Positions 7,344 through 19,299 of a DNA stretch of 64,000 nt are shown here, one piece after another (the stretch's first letter is position 1; each line of letters begins with the position of its first letter). A program made the translations under genes and the position numbers. Under the pieces are notes generated by a model. It searched no databases. It worked only from the letters and a program-made list of their open reading frames with translations, and was not told the origin of the DNA. The DNA comes from Candidatus Heimdallarchaeum endolithica (GTDB taxonomy: Archaea > Asgardarchaeota > Heimdallarchaeia > Heimdallarchaeales > Heimdallarchaeaceae). The stretch covers positions 2,560,001-2,624,000 of the forward strand of contig CP084167.1 in assembly GCA_021513715.1 (NCBI GenBank), in the 5' to 3' direction.

Positions 7344-8063
7344 GTGTTTAAACGTTCAAAACGCTCAAAACTTGAAGAAGCAAATGTACTTTTAGGAGAA
7401 GCAAAAGTTTTAGGTCAGCAAAAAAAATATCAAGAAGCTGTTGAAGCGATTGAAAAAGCAATAGTACTATTCACACATGAGAATGATAGACAAAAACTTG
7501 ATTTGTCTAAGGCATTACTTTATGAATTTAAAGCTGAGCAATCTATAAAGTCTAATCGTGCTTTAGAAGCTTCCAATTATCTTGGACGAGCTGGAGGCTT
7601 CTATATGCGTCTACATATGGTTAATGACTTGAATCGAGTATACAAAAAACAAGCAGACATTCTACTTATTTTGGCTAGACAAACCATGAAAGAAAAGCAT
7701 TTTATTGAAGCAGCATCTTATTTTGAGCAAGCTGCTATGGCTTATCAAAAATTAAAGAATAAAGAGATGGAACTCGACTGTAAAGCCAAATCTTATGTTT
7801 CTCGAGCTGCAGCAGAAAAAACAATATCTGGTAGAAAAGTTTTTCTTAGAAAAGCAGTGGAATTGATGAAGGAAACAGGAACAGATAATCCAATAATAAA
7901 AGGCCATTTAGCCTATTATAATGGGTTATTTATAAAAGATGAAAAGAAGGAAGAAGCTCTTCGTTATTTTAGTGAGGCATTACAAAATTATCAAAAAGCT
8001 GGAATGTCAAAAAGGGTAGAAGAAATAAAAAAGATGATTGATGATCTAGCTACAAACCTATAA
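7344..8063 (+). CDS. TPR/alpha-solenoid protein, alpha-SNAP-like
   Basis: Repeated helical units KYQEAVEAIEKAIVLF, ALEASNYLGRAGGFY, FIEAASYFEQAAMAY, KEEALRYFSEALQNY. TPR-like call is firm; the SNAP subfamily is tentative. Confidence 0.65.
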   Translation: MFKRSKRSKLEEANVLLGEAKVLGQQKKYQEAVEAIEKAIVLFTHENDRQKLDLSKALLYEFKAEQSIKSNRALEASNYLGRAGGFYMRLHMVNDLNRVYKKQADILLILARQTMKEKHFIEAASYFEQAAMAYQKLKNKEMELDCKAKSYVSRAAAEKTISGRKVFLRKAVELMKETGTDNPIIKGHLAYYNGLFIKDEKKEEALRYFSEALQNYQKAGMSKRVEEIKKMIDDLATNL

Positions 8064-8102
8064 TGTTCATTTCTTGCCCTTTTTTAGAAGTTATGCAGTT
8101 AT

Positions 8103-8696
8103 TTATTTAATAAATGGTTTTCTAAACTTCAAAACTTCTTCTTCACTTTGTATAGCTAGTCTCGCTGCATGAGAAAAAAGATTCTCGACATTTTCAGCTG
8201 ATAAAGCAGATGTTTCTATGTAATCAAAGTTATTTTCTTTAGCGTATTCTTCTGCTTTTTCTCTTTCTACAGTTCTTGCATTAGTTAAATCGCTCTTATT
8301 TCCACATAAAATAATGGGTATTTCAGAACATTTTTTCTTTATTTCACTAACCCAAAAAGGAACATCATCGAATGTTGCAGTTTTTGTAATATCATAAACT
8401 ACAATAGCGACTTTTGCTCCTAGAAAATATTTCTGTCTGACAAACCCAAAAATCTCTTGTGCTCCTGTATCCCATAAGCTAATTCTAACTTTAACATCAT
8501 CAGTTAGTATGTCTTTAGACAAATTCTCGTTTAATTCCTCTTTTGTTAAGGATAGACTTTTAGTTAACCAACTTACACCCATTGTTGGAATATATGAATA
8601 AGAAAAGGTGTTCATTGTATACCTTCTTGCTAATGAGGTTTTACCAACAAAAGCTGAACCAATTGTAATTATTTTATATAAATGCCGTTCTATCAT
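8103..8696 (-). CDS. Rab-like small GTPase
   Basis: G1 GSAFVGKTS, G2 YIPTMG, G3 WDTGAQE, G4 GNKSD, G5 ETSAL. Likely start is ATG 8696, just after the upstream stop (track ORF extends to 8759). Confidence 0.92.
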   Translation of the reverse strand: MIERHLYKIITIGSAFVGKTSLARRYTMNTFSYSYIPTMGVSWLTKSLSLTKEELNENLSKDILTDDVKVRISLWDTGAQEIFGFVRQKYFLGAKVAIVVYDITKTATFDDVPFWVSEIKKKCSEIPIILCGNKSDLTNARTVEREKAEEYAKENNFDYIETSALSAENVENLFSHAARLAIQSEEEVLKFRKPFIK

Positions 8697-8698
8697 TT

Positions 8699-9547
8699 TT
8701 ATCTCCAAAATATTTCTACTAATTTTCTTTCGATGTTTATACTGCTTAAACGCCTCCATTCATCAAGAATCAACGGTTTTGTGTTTTTATTAATTAATTC
8801 TCTAAATTGTTCAGGACTAAAGTATTTTCTGATGATATCTACTAATTCAGAAGTGAAATTAAGGAATATTTCTTTCATTTGGCTACAGTTTTCAATTTCT
8901 GTTATCTGTATTGAGTTTAACTCATCTTTTATAAAAAATCCTTCCTTATTAAAGAAAAATAATTTATCAATTTCCTTATAATCATTTATTAGTTTATTAA
9001 CATCGATTCTTAATAATTGGTTAATTTCTTCCTCGTTGGATTGCGATTTTGTAGCTTTTTTTATTCCTGTACATAAAGAGTTTATAATATTCTCAAATAT
9101 TTCTAATAAATTCCTGAACTCAATATCTTTCACATGATTTGATATAATCGAATTAACTTTGAAAACTTCAGAAATTACCATAGACGGTGATAAAGGTTTT
9201 TTTACTAGTTTAATTTCATCTAGGAAATTTTTAGCTGTTTCTTTATCATAAATATCAAATGAGTATAGAAAGAGATTCATTAAAAAAAATAATTGAGAAT
9301 ATGCGATTCCTTCCTTTTGCTCTTGAGAAATCAGTACAAATATAAAATCATACTTTTCTTCAATTAATACAGTAGTTTTCTTAAAGATCACTTCTCGTAA
9401 TTGACCTAGTTCTCTCTGTTCTCCCATTTTTATAAATTCTAATAGCCCTGAAAAATGCTCTGGTTTAAGAATTAAATTTTCACTATTGGGTGTGTCTGTA
9501 AAGATAGTGTCATAGTTATTTTTGTTTAGTATATAAAAATTAGCCAA
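8699..9547 (-). CDS. Hypothetical protein with putative N-terminal longin/profilin-fold domain
   Basis: FYILNK...FSGLLEF...GQLREVIF....VLIEE...FIFVLIS pattern resembles Asgard longin-like domains; helical C-terminal half; translationally coupled to the GTPase. Confidence 0.5.
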   Translation of the reverse strand: MANFYILNKNNYDTIFTDTPNSENLILKPEHFSGLLEFIKMGEQRELGQLREVIFKKTTVLIEEKYDFIFVLISQEQKEGIAYSQLFFLMNLFLYSFDIYDKETAKNFLDEIKLVKKPLSPSMVISEVFKVNSIISNHVKDIEFRNLLEIFENIINSLCTGIKKATKSQSNEEEINQLLRIDVNKLINDYKEIDKLFFFNKEGFFIKDELNSIQITEIENCSQMKEIFLNFTSELVDIIRKYFSPEQFRELINKNTKPLILDEWRRLSSINIERKLVEIFWR

Positions 9548-9670
9548 TTAGTACACCTTTCTAATATTAATTAGAAAATAAATTTAAACTTATTCCTTTA
9601 TCAGTTTCTGTACTAACTTGTCTGATTTTTGTATTTCTTTCATTTGTTTTAGAAGTATAAAAAAAGTGGA

Positions 9671-11863
<2,193 letters not shown>

Positions 11864-12020
11864 TTATTTCCTCTGATGAAATTTATTTATTATTCCTTGA
11901 TCCAAAACCTTAATTGACCTTTATTAAGGTTATTTTTTGACAGCATTTTATTAACAAATGAGATATTAGTATATATATTATAAACCCTCTAAAAAAGAAA
12001 GAAAAAAGAAGAAGGTACTA

Positions 12021-13733
12021 TTAACACCCTGGAGTAAAGTAAGGCTTAAGTTCTCCAATATGTGAATCTTCTTCAAGAGTTGCTATCTGATAAATTTTAT
12101 ACCCTCCAGTTAGATTCCTTGGATCAAAACCATGTTGCTTTAGAATTCGGTACGCAAGATAAGAAGTAAATCCTGTTATACAATGTAAGTATACTGGTTG
12201 ATTTTTTGGAATCTCATCTAGTCTTTCTCTTAGTTGACCAATTGGGATGTTTATCGCTCCTGGAATACAACCTTCAGCATGTAATTCTGGCCCTCTTACG
12301 TCAATAATTGTTGCCCCTTCTTCTTTTAATCTATGCGCTTCATTCCAATGCCATATTTTTACTTCTCCCCTCATAACGTTAGAAGCAACAAAACCAGCCA
12401 TATTTACACAATCTCTAGCGCATCCAAATTGTGGAGCATAACATAATTCAAGATTTTCTAAGTCATATACAGTCCCCTTAAAATTTATGACTGTTGCAAT
12501 GACATCTATCCTTTTTTCTGTTCCTGGACCTCCTACTGCTTGTGCGCCCAATATTCTACCATCTTTAGTGTCAAAAATTAATTTCATTGATATTTCTTGT
12601 GCATTAGGGTAGTAGCTTGCATGATTTTGGGGATGAACATAGATTTTCTCATAGTTGGTAATCCCTAATGATTTAAGTTGTTTTTCGTTTAAACCTGTTT
12701 GAGCAACAGTTTTATCAAAAACCTCAAGTACTGCAGTTCCTATTGAACCTTTATAAGTTGTTTTTCTTCCTGCAAGATTGTCTGCAGCTATTCTTCCTTC
12801 TCTATTAGCTGGACCAGCAAGAGGAACAATAGTGGGTTTTCCTGTTATATAATTCTTAACCTGAACAGCATCTCCAACAGCATAAATATCAGGATCTGAG
12901 GTTTGCATGTGTTCATTGACTATTATATATCCACGCTCAGTTAATTCAAGTCCACAGTCTTTAGCTAAATGTGTGTCCGGCCTGATTCCTATACTTAAAA
13001 TAACAAGATCTGTTTCGATTTTTCTACCACTTTGAGTAATAACCTTATATTTTCCTTCTCCACCTGTTGGCTTTTCAAAACCTGCAACTCCATCACCTAG
13101 AATTAGTTTTACTCTATTTAGTACAAGCTCGTTATGGACAAATTGTGCCATCTCTCTATCTAATGTTGGCAAAACTTGGTCTAAAAGTTCAATCACTTTT
13201 ACACGAATACCTCTCCGACTAAGATTTTCAACCATTTCTAGTCCTATATACCCTGCTCCGATTACTGTAGCTGTAACAGGGTTATTCTTCTCAATAAAGT
13301 CATATATCTTTTCTGTATCTGGAATATTACGAAGCGAAAAAATAGGAATACCATCCATTCCTCTAAAAGGCGGGCGAATTGGTTCTGCACCAGGAGCTAA
13401 CACAAGTTTATCATAAGAAAGTTCGTATTCTTTTCCAACTTCTCTGTTAAGTACTTTAACTGTCTTTTTTTCTCTGTCGATAGAAGTAACTTCATTCATT
13501 ACTCTAACATCAATATTGAAGAATTGTTTGAATTTTTCTGGTGTCATAAGTACTAATTTTTCTCGTTCTTGTATCACTTTTCCAATATAATAGGGAAGTC
13601 CACAATTGGCAAAAGATACATAGGGTCCTCGTTCTAGTATAACTATTTCTGCAAATTCATTCAATCGCCTATATCTAGCTGCTGTGCTTGCACCACCAGC
13701 AACTCCACCTATAATTACTATTCGTTTTTTCAA
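12021..13733 (-). CDS. cdr: CoA-disulfide/persulfide reductase with C-terminal rhodanese (CoADR-RHD, Npsr-like)
   Basis: GGVAGG, SFANCGLPY, GAGYIGLE, YAVGD, YAPQF; rhodanese IIDVR...GCIPGAINIP...HCITG. Confidence 0.9.
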   Translation of the reverse strand: MKKRIVIIGGVAGGASTAARYRRLNEFAEIVILERGPYVSFANCGLPYYIGKVIQEREKLVLMTPEKFKQFFNIDVRVMNEVTSIDREKKTVKVLNREVGKEYELSYDKLVLAPGAEPIRPPFRGMDGIPIFSLRNIPDTEKIYDFIEKNNPVTATVIGAGYIGLEMVENLSRRGIRVKVIELLDQVLPTLDREMAQFVHNELVLNRVKLILGDGVAGFEKPTGGEGKYKVITQSGRKIETDLVILSIGIRPDTHLAKDCGLELTERGYIIVNEHMQTSDPDIYAVGDAVQVKNYITGKPTIVPLAGPANREGRIAADNLAGRKTTYKGSIGTAVLEVFDKTVAQTGLNEKQLKSLGITNYEKIYVHPQNHASYYPNAQEISMKLIFDTKDGRILGAQAVGGPGTEKRIDVIATVINFKGTVYDLENLELCYAPQFGCARDCVNMAGFVASNVMRGEVKIWHWNEAHRLKEEGATIIDVRGPELHAEGCIPGAINIPIGQLRERLDEIPKNQPVYLHCITGFTSYLAYRILKQHGFDPRNLTGGYKIYQIATLEEDSHIGELKPYFTPGC

Positions 13734-13920
13734 TTAAATCCCTTGAAAAGTTATTAAATAGTAAGTTCTAAATAAGAATATAAAATTAAGGGTATGACTA
13801 TGTTTATTATTTTTGTTTGCAAAAAAGATATCAATTAAGTATTAATCACTTTAGTACAACTGATAATTAATAGTTCTTAAAATATTATTAATGACAAAAA
13901 AAATAAAGAAAATAGTGCTC

Positions 13921-15087
13921 TCACTCTATTTCTTCTAATTCTTCTAATAAGTAGCGAGTACTAGTTTGCTTCATTTTTGCATCTTGCTCTTTTTCTCTTT
14001 CACTGATAATGTCTCTCTCTATACGGTCTAAGGCGACTGCAAAAGCTCCAAATAATCCATATCCTTCTGAGCGAGAAACATAGGTTTTTCCTTTATTTGT
14101 AGTTATTCTCAGCCTAATATGATATAAGATATATCCCCTAAATTTCTTTTTTGGAATAGATTTAATGTGAATATAGAAATGTCCAGTATTTCCAATTATT
14201 GCAGAATATTTCTTAATGAATTCTGAAGATAAATCAAAAAGTTGCTTTAAATCTTCCTCATCAATCTCTCCCATAACATTGATGAAATAACCCTCCTGCT
14301 TAGGAGGAACACTAACTGTTTCTAGCAAGTCATGTGTGGTTAGAATCCCTACAACATGGTTTGAATCATCAACAACAACTAACGCTTTGTGGTCAGAGTC
14401 AAGAAGTTTTTTTATTGCTAGTTCAACAGTGTCATCTTGTTTGCAAGCTACAACATCTGTACTCATCAGATTAATTATTTGTGTAGAGTAAGGATCAATC
14501 TGTGTTTCAGATCTATCTCCAAATGTCTGTCCTGGTAAATCTGATAGAAGAATTGGTTTAAGATCATGGGGACTAACAATACCAATTAGTTCATTTTTTT
14601 CATTTACAACAGGACATCGGGAAATGTTATTGTTTCTGCATATTGATAGTAATTGTGCTGCAGTTGTTTCTGGATTACTAGTTATTGGGTTGGGTGTCAT
14701 TAGTTCTTTTACCTTTTTTCCTTTATAACGTTCAAGTTCGCTCTTTATAAGATCTATATCCCGAATGACACCTATTATTTCTCCATTTTCTTCAACAGGA
14801 ATAGAACGAATTTTTAATTTAATAAGTAGTTTCGCAATTTCATTAATTGCGAGATTTTTCTTTATTGTTGGGACTTTTTTAATAAAAGTAGATACTTTAG
14901 AATCTAAATAAAGCCTCGATTGTCTAGCTAGAAATCTTTTTGTTAAATAACCTAAAAACACATATTTTTCATCAAAAACTAATATTTCTCTTGTATTTTC
15001 ATCAAAAAGTTCTAATGCTTTTGCTAGTTTTTCATTTTCTCCAACTGACACGTAATCTGAAATTAAAGATTCAATTTTTTCGCTCAT
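13921..15087 (-). CDS. Four-CBS-domain protein with C-terminal HPF/RaiA-like domain (candidate archaeal ribosome hibernation factor)
   Basis: Two CBS pairs (IPVEENGEIIGVI..DL, CPVVNE.NELIGIV...DL, LVVVDD.NHVVGILT..DL). The C-terminus YHIRLRITT..G..YVSRSEGYGLFGAFAVALDRIERDI matches the HPF beta-beta-helix end. Confidence 0.72.
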   Translation of the reverse strand: MSEKIESLISDYVSVGENEKLAKALELFDENTREILVFDEKYVFLGYLTKRFLARQSRLYLDSKVSTFIKKVPTIKKNLAINEIAKLLIKLKIRSIPVEENGEIIGVIRDIDLIKSELERYKGKKVKELMTPNPITSNPETTAAQLLSICRNNNISRCPVVNEKNELIGIVSPHDLKPILLSDLPGQTFGDRSETQIDPYSTQIINLMSTDVVACKQDDTVELAIKKLLDSDHKALVVVDDSNHVVGILTTHDLLETVSVPPKQEGYFINVMGEIDEEDLKQLFDLSSEFIKKYSAIIGNTGHFYIHIKSIPKKKFRGYILYHIRLRITTNKGKTYVSRSEGYGLFGAFAVALDRIERDIISEREKEQDAKMKQTSTRYLLEELEEIE

Positions 15088-15218
15088 GTTTTAACATAGA
15101 ATTCTATTCCCTTAAAATTTATGGTTAAGCAACACATTATTGGGAAAGGTTTTTTATTGCTTATTTCTTTATATTTAAATAGATTTAAATAAATTAATCA
15201 ATAATAGTAGATTAAAAG

Positions 15219-15491
15219 GTGAACACTTTGGTCAGTATATTACAAGCACTAAAAGTATCTCTACTCTTCCTTATTTTCGGCTTAATACCTTTCGTATTAG
15301 TCGTTATAGCAATAGTATCCTTGATTTCAATGGGCTTTGGTTTCGATTTTAAAGTTTTATATGCAAATGAAGGAGTAGATACTGGTTCTGTTTTAGGCAA
15401 TCTCGGGCTTTTAATAGTTGCATCGTTTATCTTCTTCGTTGGACTTTTCAAAGCTATAGGAGATATTGCTGAAGCAGCCTTATTAGAATAA
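15219..15491 (+). CDS. Small membrane protein (2 hydrophobic segments)
   Basis: 90 aa hydrophobic ORF with an upstream TATA-like element and a downstream T-tract. Confidence 0.7.
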   Translation: MNTLVSILQALKVSLLFLIFGLIPFVLVVIAIVSLISMGFGFDFKVLYANEGVDTGSVLGNLGLLIVASFIFFVGLFKAIGDIAEAALLE

Positions 15492-15509
15492 TTTTTTTTT
15501 CTTTTTTTT

Positions 15510-15621
15510 ATAGTACTTCCGAATTATCTCAAAAAGTATGAATTGAGAACACGCCAATGATAGTATGAACTCCTATAGTTTTAACCTATAGAAATCGGCC
15601 AACTTATTGCGGAAGTACTAT
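15510..15621. repeat. 112 bp intergenic element bounded by a perfect 12 bp inverted repeat (sRNA or MITE-like)
   Basis: ATAGTACTTCCG (15510-21) / CGGAAGTACTAT (15610-21); internal stems TCTCAA/TTGAGA and CTATAG/CTATAG; AGTATGAA occurs twice. Confidence 0.6.
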
Positions 15622-15717
15622 TTTTAAAAAAAATTTGTTTTGTAGTAACGGACTTTGTTTGAAAAGTTGTCTTTAGCTTAAAAGAATGGTTTTTCGATTG
15701 TAAAACTATTTAAATGT

Positions 15718-17364
15718 ATGAAAAATAGTCTTGTTAAGGAAACGTTTGTTATACGAATGATAACAATGAATAACCTAAGCTTAAATAGTAGTTATAAACA
15801 GAAAAACAGTAGTTTTCTAGATGTTTTTTTAATAGGTTTTTCAATATTATGTTTATCTCTCTATATCTTTTTCTTCAATAAAATGATTTTAATTTTTGAA
15901 GAATTTGCTGTTATTTTTAATATATTGTTCATTTTTTCGATTTTTCTCCTATGGTCGTTGACTTCTAGTTTATTTTATTTTTTAAATAAAACAGAACAAG
16001 AGTTTAAAATTTTTTTTTCTACTCTCTCCTTGCTTATTGTAATGGCTATATTATCTACTTACTTAATTTCAATAATGGAAAGGATTTTTATTCTTATTAC
16101 AAGCTTAAAAAAAGAATTAATGATTATTATTTATACTTCTTATATTGTTCCTGTAATAGAGGAAATTTCTAAAATTTTTCCTATTTTAATTCTTTTCAGA
16201 CATTATATCCGTTATAGGTATGAAGGAAAATTAAAAACATACCGTTTAATTGTTTCTTACAGACAATTTGTGTTCTATTCAGTTCTTTTTGGCTCATGTT
16301 TTGGGTTTTTTGAGCACTTTTTCTTATTTTCCTCACTTTTTGATTTTGAGAATATTGGTAATATTGTTTTCCTTCGTATTTTTTATCCTCTTCATCCTGT
16401 AACTTCTGGTTTGTTAGCGATTGGTGTTGGATATTTTTTATTTGTTGATTCAAATATTAAAAAAATGAAAACTTGGTTAGCAACCCTTCTACCTATTTTA
16501 TTGTCTCTAGTTTTTCATATTTTTTGGAATTACAACTCTTATTTTAATTTGCTTACTCTCTTGCAGTATATAGGTTGGGCAGCTACTGGATTGTATTTTG
16601 TTATCTGCGTTTTTTTAATTAAAAGGCCAAATATATGCACTGACTGTGGAATACAGCATCCAAAAGGGTCTTGCAAGAAAGATTCAGCTCTTAATATCTC
16701 TCTTAAAAAATTTATTAAGAAAGATTTAGTTGTTGAAAGTGATTATATCGTTAAAGAAGAATATATTGTCTGCCCTCTTTGTGGAGTTCAAGCTTTTGAT
16801 GGTGAAATTTGTTATGCTTGTAACAGTTGGGCAAAATTTCAATGTTCTAACTGTAATCAAGTTGTACCTCCTTTTGCGAGAACATGCTGGTCATGTGGAG
16901 CATCATTACCGACACTACAAGATAAAATCAGATCTACATTTCCCTCGTCTTATATGACCTTCTCTGTTGCAGTAACTCGAATTGTTTCATCTACAGTCTT
17001 GATTAGTTTGATTGTTGGGTTGCTTAATTTAAAAAATAAATTAAGTTATTTAGGTTTTACAATTTTACTCCTTTCGATTTTGATAGCTTTATCTACCTCT
17101 CTAATTTGGTATGGAATGAATAGTAAGAGAATAGATTCAATAATTGTGTCAATTGTGGTGACTTCATCTGTCTTCTTCACTATATTATCTATGAATTTAC
17201 TTCTGATTCTTTTGAGTATAGTTCAATTGTTTATTATACACAACCTTGTCTTCGGTTTATTTGGTTTAATAATTTCTTCCATTGTTATTTATGGAATATA
17301 TAAATATCTTAGAGCGACTTTTAGAGGTGACAGTTTAATTGTAGGGGGTGAAGTTCTTGGATGA
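15718..17364 (+). CDS. PrsW-family intramembrane glutamic protease fused to zinc-ribbon repeats and extra TM helices
   Basis: PVIEEISK, FGFFEH, PLHPVTSG, FHIFWN (all four PrsW motifs); Cys pairs CTDC, CPLC, CYAC, CSNC, CWSC. Start could be 15757 or 15766. Confidence 0.8.
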   Translation: MKNSLVKETFVIRMITMNNLSLNSSYKQKNSSFLDVFLIGFSILCLSLYIFFFNKMILIFEEFAVIFNILFIFSIFLLWSLTSSLFYFLNKTEQEFKIFFSTLSLLIVMAILSTYLISIMERIFILITSLKKELMIIIYTSYIVPVIEEISKIFPILILFRHYIRYRYEGKLKTYRLIVSYRQFVFYSVLFGSCFGFFEHFFLFSSLFDFENIGNIVFLRIFYPLHPVTSGLLAIGVGYFLFVDSNIKKMKTWLATLLPILLSLVFHIFWNYNSYFNLLTLLQYIGWAATGLYFVICVFLIKRPNICTDCGIQHPKGSCKKDSALNISLKKFIKKDLVVESDYIVKEEYIVCPLCGVQAFDGEICYACNSWAKFQCSNCNQVVPPFARTCWSCGASLPTLQDKIRSTFPSSYMTFSVAVTRIVSSTVLISLIVGLLNLKNKLSYLGFTILLLSILIALSTSLIWYGMNSKRIDSIIVSIVVTSSVFFTILSMNLLLILLSIVQLFIIHNLVFGLFGLIISSIVIYGIYKYLRATFRGDSLIVGGEVLG

Positions 17365-18541
17365 AGAAAGGAAATACAAAGAGCGACAACTAAAGTTAGA
17401 CGCAAAGAAACACTTTTTAGAGCAATCTAAATTTACTGCAGCAGAGCTACAAGCAAGAGGATATCAGCTCTCACCAATTCTGTTTGAAGATTCAAGGAGT
17501 AGAAGAGTGTTTGATGAAGGAAGGGTTGAAAAATTCTCTTTTATTGAAAAAACAAAAAAACTACTATTGACCTTGTTTGGATTTATTGTCAATCTTATTT
17601 GGTTAGTCATTGATTATAATAATGTGAACAGCGAAAAATATTTCCTTCATAACAAAAATAGAAGTAAAAGAGAATATTATTCTGAACTAATATTACATAT
17701 TTCAACATTTTATTCAATAACGCTTATTGTTCTTGTTCTTATTAATTATTTCATTTTAGAATCAGCTGTTGTCTCTTCTCTTTATGATATTCGTTCATTA
17801 GTTTGGTATCCTGATAGGGCTTTAAGTTTAAGTTACATTTATGTTTTTTCAGCTAAAACGCCTTTTGATATAATTACAAATACTATTCTAACTGTTTTAA
17901 TTCCTTTTTTTGTTGCTGGTATTGCTGCAGGAATAGCGTGGAAAGATGATGCAAAAGATGTTGTTGGACCATCTTCGTTTCTATCGTTTTTACTATTTTT
18001 AGCTTTCTTCTTTAATGAAATCTTCATCACATCATCCTTTAAAATTAGTGATATTCTTGCAGGTTGGTTTTTGTCATTATTATATGAATCTATGATGCTT
18101 ATAGTGCTGTTTCAAGCACTTATACTTAGTTTACTCGGTGGTGCGTTAGGTGTTATGCTAGGTATTTCTTTTTCAAACATTGCTTCACAAAAAAATGATG
18201 AGCACTCTTTTTTCTCTCCTTCTATTCTTCCTGTAATACCTATTACTGTCAAAACTTTGTTTGATATGGTAGATGTTTCTTCACTCACCACTTCTTCATT
18301 TAATCCTAGGATAATGTTAGTTTACTTAAATAGAACTATAGAGTTAAATTCAAAAAGAATAAAAGTAGAGCATTGCCCCTATTTTGTTGAAGGACGTTGC
18401 GCATATTTAGGGTATAAAACAACAGCAACAAAAAAACAAATTTGCACAACAGAATCATACAATTCATGTAGGGTTCTTGCATTTATTTTACAGAGTAAAC
18501 TATTAATTAAAGAAATAAAAGAGGAAGAAAAAAATGGTTAA
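17348..18541 (+). CDS. Multi-pass membrane protein with C-terminal Cys cluster
   Basis: About 5 hydrophobic segments; CPYF....CAYLG...IC......C tail; overlaps both neighbours. Confidence 0.7.
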   Translation: MKFLDEERKYKERQLKLDAKKHFLEQSKFTAAELQARGYQLSPILFEDSRSRRVFDEGRVEKFSFIEKTKKLLLTLFGFIVNLIWLVIDYNNVNSEKYFLHNKNRSKREYYSELILHISTFYSITLIVLVLINYFILESAVVSSLYDIRSLVWYPDRALSLSYIYVFSAKTPFDIITNTILTVLIPFFVAGIAAGIAWKDDAKDVVGPSSFLSFLLFLAFFFNEIFITSSFKISDILAGWFLSLLYESMMLIVLFQALILSLLGGALGVMLGISFSNIASQKNDEHSFFSPSILPVIPITVKTLFDMVDVSSLTTSSFNPRIMLVYLNRTIELNSKRIKVEHCPYFVEGRCAYLGYKTTATKKQICTTESYNSCRVLAFILQSKLLIKEIKEEEKNG

Positions 18542-19295
18542 TATTAAAAATTACATGAATCTAAAAGGGTTTGTTATTTTACTAGCAGTTATCTTGTTTA
18601 TTCTGCTAAATAGTACTCAAGAATCATATATCCCTCTTGATCAAATTGATTATACAACTTTAGAAACTATTCAAACAGGTTCAGAAACCAGTTGGACTTC
18701 CTCTCTTCCTGTTTCTACAACTACAACAACATTTCCTGAAATTACTGGTTCTATCCCTCAACCTTCTTCTTCTCCTTCTAGTTTCTCTCCTGCAACATTA
18801 ATTGCTATTGTAACTAGCATTTTTTTCATAGGTGTTATTGTTTTATTAATTATGAAACGAAAAAATTTTGTTACCTATGGTTCTTTTACTAGACCAAAAA
18901 GGGAACATATGAAAACTATAACTGAAAAAAGAGAAATTTTCAGAACTCAGATTGTTACACTTAAAGATATCTTGTTAGAATACCTTGATGATAAGAAATA
19001 TACAGAGGGGGTAATTTATGGTTTCCTCACCCTTGATAAAAATATGAAAAAATTATTAGGTCTAAAAAGAAAGCGCTCTTTAACTCCTAAGGAGTTTGCT
19101 GAATCCTTGGAACTTCCTGAAATCATTCAAAATTTAAAAAATATTGTTAATTTATTTTATAGAGCGAGATATAAACTTGAAAAGTTAAAAAAGGATGATC
19201 TGTTGGATTTTATTAATAACTTGGATATAATAAAAGAAAAAAGTAAAACTGCTAAAAAAATTGAAATTCGCCAAGTAATTGTTAAGGAGGAATGA
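18534..19295 (+). CDS. Membrane-anchored DUF4129-domain protein with short Ser/Thr/Pro-rich ectodomain
   Basis: N-terminal hydrophobic segment, S/T/P-rich stretch, TM followed by KRK, then LTPKEFA...LFYRARY (DUF4129 T-x-x-E...ARY signature). Confidence 0.72.
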   Translation: MVNIKNYMNLKGFVILLAVILFILLNSTQESYIPLDQIDYTTLETIQTGSETSWTSSLPVSTTTTTFPEITGSIPQPSSSPSSFSPATLIAIVTSIFFIGVIVLLIMKRKNFVTYGSFTRPKREHMKTITEKREIFRTQIVTLKDILLEYLDDKKYTEGVIYGFLTLDKNMKKLLGLKRKRSLTPKEFAESLELPEIIQNLKNIVNLFYRARYKLEKLKKDDLLDFINNLDIIKEKSKTAKKIEIRQVIVKEE

Positions 19296-19299
19296 TTAA

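Noticed and set aside
15535-15569. AGTATGAA repeat as a mini-CRISPR or SECIS
   Set aside because: Only two 8 bp copies, no cas genes, and the 3' GA needed for a SECIS core is absent.
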